NCBI GenBank assembly: GCA_963677795.1
Contig: OY782520.1
Coordinates: forward strand, 2,516,171 to 2,580,170
From: an uncultured Marinobacterium sp.
GTDB lineage: Bacteria > Pseudomonadota > Gammaproteobacteria > Pseudomonadales > Balneatricaceae
DNA length: 64,000 nucleotides
Reading direction: 5' to 3'
The notes beneath the pieces were generated by a model that did not search any database, was not told the origin of the DNA, and worked only from the letters and a program-made list of their open reading frames with translations. Shown here in pieces: positions 1 to 14,736 of this stretch. Both the position numbers and the translations under genes were made by a program. Position 1 is the stretch's first letter; each line of letters opens with the position of its first letter.

Positions 1-2
1 AC

Positions 3-2231
3 TCATGTGTGCACATCCACCAGGCGGCGCTGAATGTCGTTCAGTTTGGCTTGCTGAGGCTTGCCCTGACGCGCCTGGATACGGTCGACGATAAACCCCT
101 TGTCATGCAGTGTCTGGGTGAATGGATCCAGTTGTTGCTCGATGCGACGCAGGGTGGCACTGGCCTCGGCCCAGAACTGCAGCTGCAGGCGCCAACCTTC
201 CTGCAGACTGAGGCGTACATCGACGCTGCCCTGCTGCTGCAGATCGAAGTTCAGGGCTACGCTCCAGCTGGTTTGCCAGTCTCCCTCAGGGTCGGGGCGA
301 CGCTGTTCACTGATGGTCAGCTCCGCCGTATCGTGGTGCTCCGCCTGACGTATCGGCAGGTCGAGTCGGAACACCCGCTCCTGACCGCCGTCGGGCAGCT
401 CCTTCCAGGCTTGCAGGCTGCTGACCTGGTGGCTGGTCGTACGTGCCTGCAGGGCCTCCACCAGTCGCTGCATCTGTTGGCGCGGCTCCGGCGGCAGCTG
501 CTCGGCGGCTTTCAAAAGCTGCCCCAACTGCTGTTTGAGGTCGGTGGGTGGCTTGTCGCTGCCGCCGCTGCGAGCCAGCTGGGACTCGCTCAGCAGACCA
601 CCCTGTTGCAGGTTGCGCTGAATTGCCTGGTCGGCATCGGCACTGCCCGGCGTAACACTGAACAGGCTGAGCATCGACTGTACCAGCTGACCGATCGCCC
701 CCTGGCCGCGGGCCGCTGGTGTCTGGCTCAGTTGCACCAGTTGGTTGAGCGCATCCCCGAACGGAATCTGCTGCGGCAGGGCTTCGCGCAACGCCTGCTG
801 CATGGCGTTCTGGGCGGCCGGACTGCGGCCGGGCAGCTCGGCGGCGGGCATGCCCTGCAGTTGGACCTGCTGATCGCCGACCCGTGTCAGGGTGACCTGT
901 TGACCGGCCTGCAACGGACGGGGGCTGATCAGTTGCAGCTGCTGGCTGCCGACGCTGAGCTGGACCAGGTGCGGGGTCGGCTGTCGCGGTTGCTGTTGGC
1001 CCAGGGTCTGCAGCAGGGTGTTGCCTGTCAGGCTGATGCGGGCCGGAAGCGGAGCCGTGCCGGTTGTGGCTGGAGCCGCAGGCGTGGTGCTTGCCGTCGC
1101 ACCGGTTTGGGACGCGGGAGGCCTGCTGTCCGTTGTGACCACTGGGCCCGGAGGGCTGGGGGCGGCGTGGGCTGGCCGGGCGGATGCCCCTGGAGCGGGT
1201 GGCGCGGGTGGCGGTGCCGATGGGCCGGCAGAACTTGCCGTGGCGGCAGGGGCCGAAGCTCGGGGCGGTGTATCGGCGGTTTGCGTACCGGGGGATGCCG
1301 GGGTGGGTGGCGCGGCGGTAGCTGTTGCTGTCCCCTTGGCTCCAGCCGTTGCCGAGGGAGCTGCGGGTGCCGATGCCGGGGCTCGGCCGGGTGTGCCGGC
1401 CTGCAGGGCCTCGCCCAACTGACTGATCTGCTGCAGTTGTGCGCTGTACACCTGGGCACGTCCCATTGCGGGTGCCGCCGGCCGGGATACCTGGCTGTCG
1501 TTGGTAGGGCGTGGTGCGGTGGCCAGAGTCTGGGAGCGGGTGTCGCGGGGAGCTTCACTGCCGGGTGTCGGTGAGGCGGGTGCTGTCGGAGTGGCGGATG
1601 CCCTGGCCGGGGCTGAGTCGGTGCCGCCGGGTGGCGTCGGCGTGCTGAGCTGAGCCCTTGATGCCGCTGAGGCAGGTACCGTCGGAGCCGCTGTGCCGGC
1701 TGTCCTGGCTGCTGGTAAGGGTGCCGTTGCTGCCGCTGCCGCATCGCGCCGGTTTGGCGGCGGTGTAGTAGTGGTCTCGGCGGCGGGTGGTGGTACTGAA
1801 GTGCCGGGCGGTGCCGGGGTTGAACTGATTACGCGCGCCGCTTGTGGACTGTTCAGTGGCAGCGCCTGCTGCAGCAGCGCGATCTGCGCGGCGGCTTGGA
1901 GTAACAGCCCGGGGCGTGCCTGGGTTGACGTTGCGCCGGTTGCCGCCGGTGTGGGTGTTGCCAGGGACAGTTGCAGCTCGCCGGCGGGGCTGCGGCTCAG
2001 CGTAATACGATCGCCGCTGCTCAGAGGTGCCCGGGTGATCAGCTCCAGCAGGCGGTTGTTGGCTTCCACCTGAATTCGAAATACCTGGCCGCCGAGGTCG
2101 CCGGCGGCTACCTGGCGGACCACGGCTGAAATCTCGCGCCCACCCGCCGGCAGCAGCTGGTCGACGGTGGCGGTTTTGACGCCGCTGCCGCTGGGGGAAC
2201 TGCTGTTTGGAATCGTCGTTGTGGGTAACAC
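3..2231 (-). CDS. FliK-like flagellar hook-length control domain protein with long Pro/Ala/Thr-rich linker
   Basis: 742-aa ORF with a low-complexity PAT-rich middle. The C-terminal ~120 aa (RLDLPIR...WSVALNFDL...VDVRLSL...FWAE) resemble the FliK C-terminal domain. It lies divergent from ccmA, as FliK-like genes do in Pseudomonas-type genomes. Confidence 0.7.
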   Translation of the reverse strand: MLPTTTIPNSSSPSGSGVKTATVDQLLPAGGREISAVVRQVAAGDLGGQVFRIQVEANNRLLELITRAPLSSGDRITLSRSPAGELQLSLATPTPAATGATSTQARPGLLLQAAAQIALLQQALPLNSPQAARVISSTPAPPGTSVPPPAAETTTTPPPNRRDAAAAATAPLPAARTAGTAAPTVPASAASRAQLSTPTPPGGTDSAPARASATPTAPASPTPGSEAPRDTRSQTLATAPRPTNDSQVSRPAAPAMGRAQVYSAQLQQISQLGEALQAGTPGRAPASAPAAPSATAGAKGTATATAAPPTPASPGTQTADTPPRASAPAATASSAGPSAPPPAPPAPGASARPAHAAPSPPGPVVTTDSRPPASQTGATASTTPAAPATTGTAPLPARISLTGNTLLQTLGQQQPRQPTPHLVQLSVGSQQLQLISPRPLQAGQQVTLTRVGDQQVQLQGMPAAELPGRSPAAQNAMQQALREALPQQIPFGDALNQLVQLSQTPAARGQGAIGQLVQSMLSLFSVTPGSADADQAIQRNLQQGGLLSESQLARSGGSDKPPTDLKQQLGQLLKAAEQLPPEPRQQMQRLVEALQARTTSHQVSSLQAWKELPDGGQERVFRLDLPIRQAEHHDTAELTISEQRRPDPEGDWQTSWSVALNFDLQQQGSVDVRLSLQEGWRLQLQFWAEASATLRRIEQQLDPFTQTLHDKGFIVDRIQARQGKPQQAKLNDIQRRLVDVHT

Positions 2232-2262
2232 CCGTTTACTCCAAGCTGGCGGAAAGTTGAGC

Positions 2263-2292
2263 CTGACGGTGGTCGGCCAATCTGTATATAAT
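2263..2292 (+). promoter_or_regulatory. candidate sigma70 promoter of ccm operon
   Basis: CTGACG (2263-2268), 18 nt, then a perfect TATAAT (2287-2292) upstream of ccmA. Confidence 0.4.
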
Positions 2293-2343
2293 GGCGCCTG
2301 AATTCATTATCGACCAGCCGTACAATTTATAAAGGGTCCACGC

Positions 2344-2985
2344 TTGTCTGAACCGCTGTTGACAGTACAGAAGCTCTTTTGCGAACGGGATGACCGGGTG
2401 CTGTTCAGTCAGCTGAGTTTTGCCCTGGCGGCCGGCGAAATCGTACAGATCGAAGGCCAGAACGGCAGCGGCAAGACCACGCTGTTGCGTATTCTCAGCG
2501 GCCTTTCGAGCAATTATGAAGGCGAAATCCTCTGGCGGGGTGAGTCCGTGACTGAAGTGCGCGAGCAGTTCTGCCGGGAAATGCTCTATTTTGGCCACCA
2601 GGCTGGCGTCAAGGCGGTACTGACACCGGAAGAAAATCTGCGCTGGTATGCAGCGCTCAGTCCCATGATTGATGCGGCGGCGATTCCTGATGCGCTGGAG
2701 CGGGTCGGCCTGCGTGGTTTTGAAGACGTACCCTGTCACTCCCTGTCGGCGGGGCAGAACCGCCGCGTCAGCCTGGCGCGTCTCTACCTGAGCCAGGCAC
2801 CGCTGTGGATTCTCGACGAGCCCTTTACCGCCATTGACAAGCGCGGCGTCGCGGCCAAGGAACAGTTACTGCTGCAGCATGCGCAGCGCGGCGGCAGCGT
2901 GATTCTGACCACCCATCATGAGCTGGGTATCCATGGCCCGGTACGCAAGATCAATCTGGACCAGCTGGCGGGAACTTCGGCATGA
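2344..2985 (+). CDS. ccmA: heme export ABC ATPase CcmA
   Basis: Walker A GQNGSGKT, signature LSAGQNRR, Walker B WILDEP; first gene of the ccm operon. Confidence 0.95.
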   Translation: MSEPLLTVQKLFCERDDRVLFSQLSFALAAGEIVQIEGQNGSGKTTLLRILSGLSSNYEGEILWRGESVTEVREQFCREMLYFGHQAGVKAVLTPEENLRWYAALSPMIDAAAIPDALERVGLRGFEDVPCHSLSAGQNRRVSLARLYLSQAPLWILDEPFTAIDKRGVAAKEQLLLQHAQRGGSVILTTHHELGIHGPVRKINLDQLAGTSA

Positions 2986-3695
2986 AAATGTACACTAATT
3001 CCCGACAGTTAGCCTCACCGGGCATGGCAGGACTCTTCATGGCGACCTGTCGGCGCGAGTTTCAACTGTCATTTCGACGCAAAAGTGATCTGGTTAATCC
3101 GCTGATTTTTTTCCTCATGGTGGCGACGCTGTTCCCGCTTGGGGTCAGTCCCGAACCCGGATTTCTGGCCCAGCTGGCACCCGGTGTCGTCTGGGTGGCG
3201 GCGCTGCTGGCGACGCTGTTGTCGATGGATGTGCTGTTTCGCTCCGACTATGAGGATGGCTCGCTGGAGCAGTTGCTGCTCAGCCCCCAGCCGCTGTTCA
3301 TTGTGGTACTGGCCAAGGTCATTGCTCACTGGATGATGACCGGTCTGGCGCTGACACTGATGGCGCCGTTGCTGGGCATAATGCTGTTCCTGCCGGCTGA
3401 GGGCATGCCCGGGCTGATGCTGAGCCTGCTGCTCGGGACACCGACACTGAGCCTGGTAGGAGCGATCGGTGCGGCGCTGACGGTGGGTTTGAAAAAGGGT
3501 GGGGTGTTGATCTCCCTGCTGGTACTGCCGCTGTATATTCCGGTGCTGATCTTCGGTTCCAGCGCGGTTCAGGCCGCGGTGACCGGGTTGCCGCTGGGTG
3601 GCTATCTGGCGCTGCTGGGCGCGTTGCTGGCGCTGGCGCTGGCGCTGGCGCCGCTGGCGATCAGTGCGGCATTGCGGATATCGATCAGTAGTTAA
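2982..3695 (+). CDS. ccmB: heme exporter permease CcmB
   Basis: Hydrophobic; motifs LFPLGVSPEP, DYEDGSLEQL, LLVLPLYIPVLIFG; ATGA overlap with ccmA. Confidence 0.95.
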   Translation: MKMYTNSRQLASPGMAGLFMATCRREFQLSFRRKSDLVNPLIFFLMVATLFPLGVSPEPGFLAQLAPGVVWVAALLATLLSMDVLFRSDYEDGSLEQLLLSPQPLFIVVLAKVIAHWMMTGLALTLMAPLLGIMLFLPAEGMPGLMLSLLLGTPTLSLVGAIGAALTVGLKKGGVLISLLVLPLYIPVLIFGSSAVQAAVTGLPLGGYLALLGALLALALALAPLAISAALRISISS

Positions 3696-3709
3696 CAAGA
3701 AGAGACGTT

Positions 3710-4465
3710 ATGGCCGAGAAAAAATGGATGCCGCGCTGGTTTTATCAACTGGCTTCGCCACGCTGGTGCTATCAGATCACCGGTAAGCTGCTGCCCTGGT
3801 TTGCCGTTGCCGCCCTGGTGCTGCTAATCGGTGGCTCGGTCTGGGCGCTGGCCTTTGCTCCGACCGATTATCAGCAGGGCAACAGCTTCCGCATCATCTA
3901 CCTGCATGTGCCGGCTGCCATCCTGGCTCAGTCGGCGTACATGTTGATGGCGGTCGCCGGAGCGATCGGCCTGATCTGGAAAATGAAAGTGGCCGACATG
4001 GTGCTCAAGTCGGCGGCGCCGATCGGTGCTTCCATGGCGGTGCTGGCGCTGGCCACCGGTGCCATCTGGGGCAAGCCGACCTGGGGCTCCTGGTGGGTAT
4101 GGGATGCACGCCTGACCTCGATGCTGATCCTGTTTTTCCTCTATCTCGGTGTCATGGCATTGAACTCGGCGATCGAAAACGAGTCCACTGCTGCTCAGGC
4201 ATCGGCGGTACTGGCGCTGGTCGGTCTGGTTAATATCCCGATCATCAAGTACTCGGTGGAGTGGTGGAACACCCTGCACCAGCCGGCCACATTCAAACTG
4301 ACCGAAAAACCGGCGATGCCGGTCGAGATGTGGCTGCCGCTGCTGGTGATGGTAATCGGCTTTTATTGCTTCTTTGCCGTCAGCCTGATGCAGCGGTTGC
4401 GAAATGAAATTATCTGGCGTGAACGTCGTACCGGTTGGGTACGCGAGCTTCTGAACAAGCAGTGA
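3710..4465 (+). CDS. ccmC: heme exporter CcmC
   Basis: WWD motif WGKPTWGSWWVWDARLTS; HVP and HQ histidines. Confidence 0.97.
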   Translation: MAEKKWMPRWFYQLASPRWCYQITGKLLPWFAVAALVLLIGGSVWALAFAPTDYQQGNSFRIIYLHVPAAILAQSAYMLMAVAGAIGLIWKMKVADMVLKSAAPIGASMAVLALATGAIWGKPTWGSWWVWDARLTSMLILFFLYLGVMALNSAIENESTAAQASAVLALVGLVNIPIIKYSVEWWNTLHQPATFKLTEKPAMPVEMWLPLLVMVIGFYCFFAVSLMQRLRNEIIWRERRTGWVRELLNKQ

Positions 4466-4472
4466 GGTCGAG

Positions 4473-4652
4473 GTGAGTTTCAACAGTTTCTCCGAATTTC
4501 TCTCCATGGGTGGCCATGGCCTCTATGTCTGGCTCAGCTATGGCCTGGGAGTGGCCATCCTGGCGGCCAACCTGATCCTGCCTAAACTGGCGGGTAACCA
4601 GCTGCTGAAAGAGCAGAAGCGCCGTTTGCGCCGCGAGGAGGGAGTACGATGA
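4473..4652 (+). CDS. ccmD: heme exporter protein CcmD (not in ORF track)
   Basis: Manual translation from GTG 4473: [59 protein letters not shown]. It has the MGGHGLYVW motif, one TM segment and a basic tail; its stop overlaps the ccmE ATG. Confidence 0.92.
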   Translation: MSFNSFSEFLSMGGHGLYVWLSYGLGVAILAANLILPKLAGNQLLKEQKRRLRREEGVR

Positions 4653-5110
4653 CACCGAAACGTAAACAACGCTTGCTGGTGGTTCTGTTCATTGTGATCG
4701 GTGTCAGCGTGGCGGTCGGACTGACGCTGTTTGCGCTCAACCAGAACATCAACCTGTTCTATTCGCCGACCCAGATTGCGGCAGGTGAAGCGCCGCAGAA
4801 CACTCGCATCCGTGCCGGTGGCATGGTGGTGGACGGCAGCGTCAAGCGTGACACCGACTCTCTCTTTGTCCAGTTCGATATTACCGACTACGCCAAGACG
4901 GTTACCGTCGAGTACACCGGCATCCTGCCGGACCTGTTCCGTGAAGGTCAGGGCATCGTTGCCCAGGGCGCGCTGAACGAACGGGGCGTGCTGGAAGCGG
5001 TCGAAGTACTGGCCAAGCACGATGAGAACTATATGCCGCCGGAAGTTGCGGAAGCACTGGAAAAGGCGGGCAAGATGCCGATGCCCGAGGGTCAGGAGTT
5101 CAATAAATGA
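4649..5110 (+). CDS. ccmE: heme chaperone CcmE
   Basis: [10 protein letters not shown] and LAKHDENY heme-binding motif. Confidence 0.97.
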   Translation: MTPKRKQRLLVVLFIVIGVSVAVGLTLFALNQNINLFYSPTQIAAGEAPQNTRIRAGGMVVDGSVKRDTDSLFVQFDITDYAKTVTVEYTGILPDLFREGQGIVAQGALNERGVLEAVEVLAKHDENYMPPEVAEALEKAGKMPMPEGQEFNK

Positions 5111-7059
5111 TCATCCCGGAGTTGGGTGAATACGCCCTCATACTGGCGTTCTGTCTGGCCGTTCTGCTGGCGACGGTTCCTCTGGTGGGGGCCAGTCGCG
5201 GCAATACCCTGTGGATGGCCTTTGCACGTCCGCTGAGCAAGGGCATGTTTCTGTTCACCCTGTTCAGTTTTCTCTGCCTGAGCTGGTCGTTCCTCGATAA
5301 CGATTTCTCCGTGGTCTACGTGGCCAGCAACTCCAATACGGCCCTGCCCTGGTACTTCCGCCTGAGTGCGGTCTGGGGTGGTCATGAAGGTTCCCTGCTG
5401 CTGTGGGCGCTGATCCTGTCCGGCTGGACCCTGGCGGTGGCAATCAAGAGCCGCAACCTGCCGCAGGACATCATCGCCCGCGTACTGGCCGTGATGGGCT
5501 GGGTCGCCATCGGTTTCTACCTGTTCATCCTGTTTACCTCCAGTCCTTTCGAGCGCTACCTGCCCGGTTATCCGCAGGAAGGTGCCGACCTCAACCCGCT
5601 GCTGCAGGACTTCGGCCTGATCGTGCATCCGCCGATGCTGTATATGGGCTATGTCGGCTTTGCCGTTGCTTTCGCCTTTGCCATCGCGGCGCTGCTCAGT
5701 GGTCGCCTGGATGCAGCCTGGGCGCGCTGGTCCCGTCCCTGGACCTCCGTGGCCTGGGCCTTTCTGACCCTGGGTATCGCGCTGGGCAGCTGGTGGGCCT
5801 ATTACGAGCTGGGCTGGGGCGGCTGGTGGTTCTGGGATCCGGTCGAAAACGCGTCCCTGATGCCCTGGCTGGTGGGCACGGCACTGGTGCATAGCCTGGC
5901 GGTGACCGAAAAGCGTGGTGTGTTCAAGAGCTGGACCGTACTGCTGGCGATCTTCGCCTTCTCGCTTAGCCTGCTGGGCACCTTCCTGGTGCGCTCCGGT
6001 GTACTGACCTCGGTCCATGCCTTTGCTTCCGACCCTGAACGTGGCCTGTTCATCCTGATCATGCTGGCGGTGGTGATCGGCGGCTCGCTGGTGTTGTACG
6101 CCCTGCGCGCCGGACAGATGCGTAGCGAGTCCAGCTTCGGTCTGCTGTCACGCGAGAGCCTGCTGTTGGTCAACAACGTGCTGCTGGTGGTGTCCTGCGC
6201 CATGGTGTTGCTGGGGACCATCTATCCGCTGATCGTCGATGCGCTGGGCATGGGCAAGCTGTCGGTGGGACCGCCTTACTTCAATGCCCTGTTCGTGCCG
6301 CTGATGTCGATCATGCTGGTATTCATGGGTGCCGGTGTGGTCAGTCGCTGGAAACAGACTTCGCTGGCGATGCTGGTTCAGCAGCTGTGGCTGCCGGGCG
6401 TGATCGCCGTGGTCCTGGGCATCGCGGCCACCTGGCTCTATGCCGGTGAGCTGAAACACTGGGTCACTCTGGGCATCGTGCTGGCCTGGTGGGTGGTGCT
6501 GTCCGGCCTGCGTGATCTGTACAACCGCCTGCGTCATCGCCGTGAGAAGCTGGCCGGGCTGGTCAAGCAGAGCCGCAGCTACTACGGCATGGTGCTGGCG
6601 CACCTGGGTGTTGCCGTTCTGGTGGTGGGTGTGGCGCTGGTATCGATCTACAGCGAGCAGCGCGATATGCGCATGCAACCGGGCGATACGGTGACCTTCC
6701 GCGACTACACCTTCGTCTACGAGGGCAATCGTCATGTCGAAGGCCCCAACTATACGTCGGACCAGGGCCAGATCCGGGTACTGCTGGATGGCAAGCCCTA
6801 CACCGAAATGCGTCCCGAGAAACGCCTCTACACGGCACGTGGCAACGTGATGACTGAGGCCGCCATCGATCCGGGCTTCACTCGTGACCTCTACGTGGCA
6901 CTGGGCGAACCGCTGGAAAACGGTGCCTGGGCGGTGCGGGTGCAGTACAAGCCCTATGTGCGCTGGCTCTGGCTGGGCGGTTTGCTGATGACGGCCGGTG
7001 GCCTGCTGGCCGCGTCGGATCCGCGTTATCGCAAGCGTCTGCGTCCGGCCAATGCCTGA
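5107..7059 (+). CDS. ccmF: heme lyase CcmF
   Basis: [38 protein letters not shown]. Confidence 0.98.
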   Translation: MIIPELGEYALILAFCLAVLLATVPLVGASRGNTLWMAFARPLSKGMFLFTLFSFLCLSWSFLDNDFSVVYVASNSNTALPWYFRLSAVWGGHEGSLLLWALILSGWTLAVAIKSRNLPQDIIARVLAVMGWVAIGFYLFILFTSSPFERYLPGYPQEGADLNPLLQDFGLIVHPPMLYMGYVGFAVAFAFAIAALLSGRLDAAWARWSRPWTSVAWAFLTLGIALGSWWAYYELGWGGWWFWDPVENASLMPWLVGTALVHSLAVTEKRGVFKSWTVLLAIFAFSLSLLGTFLVRSGVLTSVHAFASDPERGLFILIMLAVVIGGSLVLYALRAGQMRSESSFGLLSRESLLLVNNVLLVVSCAMVLLGTIYPLIVDALGMGKLSVGPPYFNALFVPLMSIMLVFMGAGVVSRWKQTSLAMLVQQLWLPGVIAVVLGIAATWLYAGELKHWVTLGIVLAWWVVLSGLRDLYNRLRHRREKLAGLVKQSRSYYGMVLAHLGVAVLVVGVALVSIYSEQRDMRMQPGDTVTFRDYTFVYEGNRHVEGPNYTSDQGQIRVLLDGKPYTEMRPEKRLYTARGNVMTEAAIDPGFTRDLYVALGEPLENGAWAVRVQYKPYVRWLWLGGLLMTAGGLLAASDPRYRKRLRPANA

Positions 7060-7074
7060 CACTGGGAGGGACTG

Positions 7075-7626
7075 ATGAATAATCGTAAGCTGTTTGCATT
7101 TATTCCGCTGGTGATCTTCATCGTGCTGGGCATCTTCCTGTGGCGCGGGCTGTCGATCGACCCCACCGAGCTGCCATCGGAGCTGGCGGACAAGAAGCGA
7201 CCGGTGCCGGCATTCGAGTTGCCGTCGCTGACCGAGCCGACTCTGATGCTGAGCAATGCGGATCTCAAGGGTGAGGTAGCGCTGCTCAACGTCTGGGCGA
7301 CCTGGTGTCCGACCTGCAAGGAGGAGCATGGCTTCCTCAACCGTCTGGCCAGGGACGAGGGCGTAACCATCTATGGCATCAACTACAAGGACGAGCCGGG
7401 CAAGGCGCGTGAATGGTTGCGCCGTTACCTCAACCCCTACAAACAGGTGATCCTGGACGAACAAGGCTCCCTGGGGCTGGATATGGGCGTCTACGGCGCG
7501 CCTGAGACCTATGTGCTCGATGCCGAGGGTATCGTGCGCTACCGTCATGTGGGAGCGGTGGATGCCAAGGTCTGGGCCACGCTGAAGCAGGTGATGGCTC
7601 AGGTAGCACAGGAGGCCGGCCAATGA
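7075..7626 (+). CDS. ccmG: thiol:disulfide interchange protein CcmG/DsbE
   Basis: N-terminal anchor, WATWCPTC, YGAPETY. Confidence 0.95.
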   Translation: MNNRKLFAFIPLVIFIVLGIFLWRGLSIDPTELPSELADKKRPVPAFELPSLTEPTLMLSNADLKGEVALLNVWATWCPTCKEEHGFLNRLARDEGVTIYGINYKDEPGKAREWLRRYLNPYKQVILDEQGSLGLDMGVYGAPETYVLDAEGIVRYRHVGAVDAKVWATLKQVMAQVAQEAGQ

Positions 7627-8129
7627 GAGCCTTGCTGCTGTGGTTGATGCTGTTGGCGCCGCTGTCGGCGCAGGCGGCCATCGACGCCTATGAGTTTTCT
7701 GATGAGCAGAACGCGGAGCGTTTCCAGCAGCTGACCAACGAGCTGCGCTGCCCCAAGTGCCAGAACCAGAACATCGCCGACTCCGATGCACCCCTGGCGG
7801 CAGACCTGCGCCGTGAGGTGCACCGCATGCTGGAGGAAGGGGAGCCGGACGAGAGCATCATCGACTTCATGGTTACCCGCTACGGCGATTTCGTGCTTTA
7901 CCGCCCGCGGGTCAACGAAACGACCTGGTTGCTCTGGTATGGCCCCTTCGTGCTGCTGGCCATCGGCATCCTGGTGGTGGTCCTGATCAGTCGCAACCGG
8001 CGCCAGCAAAGCCGTGCCGCGAGTGGCAAGCCCGCGACCCAGGGCAACGAGTACCAGGCCAGCGAGGGCCTCAGTGCCGAGGAGGCTGCGCGCCTCAACA
8101 AGTTACTGCAACAGGATTCTGATCAATGA
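7623..8129 (+). CDS. ccmH: cytochrome c biogenesis protein CcmH
   Basis: LRCPKCQNQNIADS motif, RYGDFVLY. Confidence 0.95.
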   Translation: MRALLLWLMLLAPLSAQAAIDAYEFSDEQNAERFQQLTNELRCPKCQNQNIADSDAPLAADLRREVHRMLEEGEPDESIIDFMVTRYGDFVLYRPRVNETTWLLWYGPFVLLAIGILVVVLISRNRRQQSRAASGKPATQGNEYQASEGLSAEEAARLNKLLQQDSDQ

Positions 8130-9367
8130 CCAATCTGTGGATAGGGATTGGGGTACTGACCCTGATCGCCATCGCCATCATGTTCTGGCCGCTGCTGCGT
8201 CATCAGCGCCTGGCGCGTTCGGAAGCGGCCGAGCGTCAGCAGCAGAACATCGACATCTTTCGTGAACGTCTGGCCGAACTGGAAAACGAGCGCGACCAGG
8301 GCACGCTGGCAGACGAGGAGTTTGCCACCCTGAAGCTGGAGCTGGAACGTAACCTGTTGATCGATGCCGAGGATCAGCCGGCACAACCGGTGGCGCGTAC
8401 CCGCGTCGGCCAGGCACAGCTGGTAACCGTGACGCTGTTGGCGCTGATGATTCCGGCGGCGGCACTGGGGCTGTACAACCATCTGGGGCGAGCCGATGAT
8501 CTCGCCGTGGCGCTGAACATGCCGGCACCGGGTGAAGGGCAACCGACCCTGGAAGAAGCGCTGGCCGCGCTGGAGCAGCAGCTGGAGAACGACCCCGAAA
8601 ACCCGGAAGGCTGGTATCTGCTGGCAAATACACAGATGAACAGCGGCGACTATGCCGCCGGTGTGCAGGCGTTTGAGCAGGTGCTCAAGTATCTGCCAGA
8701 GGATGCGCCTCAGTATCCCAGCGTCATGGGACAGCTGGCCCAGGCGATGTACTTTGCCAACGAAGGCCGCATGACCGACAGCATTCGCCGCCAAATCGAT
8801 GCGACCCTGGCACTTGAACCCTACGAGATCGCCGCACTGGGACTCTTGGGAATCGACGCCTACGAGCAGCAAAATTACACCGGTGCGATCGAACACTGGC
8901 GCAAGGCGCTGATCAACGCCGACGGCGCGGCGGCCGAATCCTTGCGCAGTGGCATCATGCGGGCCCGTGATGAGCTGGTCGCGGCGGGGCAGCCGGTGCC
9001 TGACCTGCCGGAGCTGGTCGAAGCCCGCATCGTGCTGCAGGTCTCACTGTCACCGGAGCTGGCCGATCGCGTGGATCCTGAGCAGACCCTGTTCATTTTC
9101 GCCCGTCCGGTGGGTGGTCGCATGCCGCTGGCAGCGGTGAAACGTCAGGTCAAGGACCTGCCGCTGGAGATAGAGCTCAATGACTCCATGGCGATGACGC
9201 CTCAGGCCCGTCTGTCCTCCCAGCAGGAGGTCGAGGTCAGTGCACGGGTTAGCCTGTCGGGGCAACCCATGCCCCAGCCCGGTGATCTTCAGGGCCTGTT
9301 GAGTCCAATTGCTACTACTGGCAATGCCGAGCCTGTTACACTGGTCATTGACCAAGTGGTACAGTAA
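8126..9367 (+). CDS. ccmI: cytochrome c biogenesis TPR protein CcmI
   Basis: Two TM segments, TPR-like region (P.N.EGWYLLA) and CcmI C-terminal domain (FIFARPVGGRMPLAA). Confidence 0.9.
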   Translation: MTNLWIGIGVLTLIAIAIMFWPLLRHQRLARSEAAERQQQNIDIFRERLAELENERDQGTLADEEFATLKLELERNLLIDAEDQPAQPVARTRVGQAQLVTVTLLALMIPAAALGLYNHLGRADDLAVALNMPAPGEGQPTLEEALAALEQQLENDPENPEGWYLLANTQMNSGDYAAGVQAFEQVLKYLPEDAPQYPSVMGQLAQAMYFANEGRMTDSIRRQIDATLALEPYEIAALGLLGIDAYEQQNYTGAIEHWRKALINADGAAAESLRSGIMRARDELVAAGQPVPDLPELVEARIVLQVSLSPELADRVDPEQTLFIFARPVGGRMPLAAVKRQVKDLPLEIELNDSMAMTPQARLSSQQEVEVSARVSLSGQPMPQPGDLQGLLSPIATTGNAEPVTLVIDQVVQ

Positions 9368-9402
9368 TCTTCGGCGATACAACAACAGGGTAAGGCGACA
9401 AC

Positions 9403-13330
<3,928 letters not shown>

Positions 13331-13343
13331 GGTAGAGCCCCAT

Positions 13344-14024
13344 ATGGAACAACTGGATCAGATCACGTCGATGATTGCGCTCTCCATGGGGGTGGCCTGG
13401 GCCAGTGGTATCAACCTGTACGCCACGGTGCTTATGCTGGGCGTATTGTCCAACATGGGGCACCTGACGCTGCCGCCGGGGCTGGAGATCGTCGCCGACC
13501 CCCTGGTGCTGATCGCGGCGGGTTTCATGTATTGCGTCGAGTTCTTCGCCGATAAAACGCCCGGGGTCGATACCGCCTGGGACGGGCTGCACACCTTTAT
13601 TCGCATACCGGCCGGTGCGGCCCTGGCGGCGGCAGCGGTCGGGGAGATGAGCCCGGCGGTGGAGCTGGCGGCGGCCTTGACCGGCGCGTCCCTGGCGGCT
13701 GGCAGTCATGCGCTCAAGTCCGGTACCCGGGTGTTGATCAACACCTCGCCGGAGCCGGTCACCAACTGGACCGCCTCATTCAGCGAGGATCTGCTGGTGC
13801 TCGGCGGGCTATGGACGGCGCTGCACCATCCGCTCTGGTTCCTGGGCGGCCTGGTCCTGTTCATTATTCTGCTGATCTGGCTACTGCCCAAGCTCTGGCG
13901 GGGAATCAAGCGGGTGTTCGCGGCGGTGGCCCGTTTCTTCCGCGGGCGTTCCACAGCGGGTGAGGACTCATTAACCGACACGGCCTCGCGTGCAGCCGGA
14001 CGCAAGCTGCCTCCGCAACGTTAG
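13344..14024 (+). CDS. DUF4126-like membrane protein (start likely ATG 13344)
   Basis: WASGINLYA, EFFADK.PGVDTAWD and NTSPEP motifs recalled as typical of DUF4126. Confidence 0.75.
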   Translation: MEQLDQITSMIALSMGVAWASGINLYATVLMLGVLSNMGHLTLPPGLEIVADPLVLIAAGFMYCVEFFADKTPGVDTAWDGLHTFIRIPAGAALAAAAVGEMSPAVELAAALTGASLAAGSHALKSGTRVLINTSPEPVTNWTASFSEDLLVLGGLWTALHHPLWFLGGLVLFIILLIWLLPKLWRGIKRVFAAVARFFRGRSTAGEDSLTDTASRAAGRKLPPQR

Positions 14025-14038
14025 ACTCGGCGGCGGCA

Positions 14039-14689
14039 TCAGGCCCAGCTGTCCAGCCCTTCTTCATTGATCAGCATGCGGATCAGATCGGTGCGGCAGA
14101 CGATCCCTTCCAGTCTGTCATCGCTGTTGATCACCGGGACCGCCGTAATGGCATAGCGCACGAAGCTGGCGGCCAGGCTGGTGACGGCGGTGTCGGGCGA
14201 GGCCACGACCATCTGCTTGTGATAGGCCTGGCTGATACTGATCGGTGAGTCCGTGCCGCGGCGGATGACATCTTCCCGTGACAACAGGCCGAGCGCCCGT
14301 TGTTCGTCATCGACCACGACCAGGTGCGAGACTTCCTGGGCCTGCATCAGCTCCCAGGCCTGGCGCAGGCTGGTTCCCAGCGGAATGGTCAGCACCGGGC
14401 TGGACATGATCTGCGCCGCCTTGAGTGTCGGCCGCTGGGGTGAACTGGGGGGTGCCCCGCTCTTCTGATAAGTCTTGTAGCCGCTGCTGCTCTGGGGCGG
14501 GAGCTGAAAGCGCTCCCGTGACAGTTCGATCCGTTTTTCCAGTTCCTGTTGTTGCCGAATGGGCTCGCCACTGCCCGGCACCGCGGCCGTAGCTTGGCTG
14601 GCATTGAGCGCATCGACACCGCGTTGACGGAACAGGGAATCCACAGGCGTCTGGATACGATATCCCTGGTCATATACCACAAGCGCCAT
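14039..14689 (-). CDS. CBS-domain protein
   Basis: IMSSPVLTI...LVVVD and VPVI...LEGIV tandem CBS pair. Confidence 0.8.
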   Translation of the reverse strand: MALVVYDQGYRIQTPVDSLFRQRGVDALNASQATAAVPGSGEPIRQQQELEKRIELSRERFQLPPQSSSGYKTYQKSGAPPSSPQRPTLKAAQIMSSPVLTIPLGTSLRQAWELMQAQEVSHLVVVDDEQRALGLLSREDVIRRGTDSPISISQAYHKQMVVASPDTAVTSLAASFVRYAITAVPVINSDDRLEGIVCRTDLIRMLINEEGLDSWA

Positions 14690-14736
14690 AACGTCTTACC
14701 TCCGCTATTGCACCGGATACGGCCGGTCCATTCTGA

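Noticed and set aside
9-1574. Long antisense ORFs (for example 9-1574, 26870-28471, 23066-25048, 44894-48139)
   Set aside because: Shadow frames of well-supported genes in high-GC DNA, with no motifs of their own.
2300-2335. Sigma28 promoter for the FliK-like gene (GTCGATAA -10 on the minus strand)
   Set aside because: The -10 matches, but the correctly spaced -35 is poor; not enough to call.
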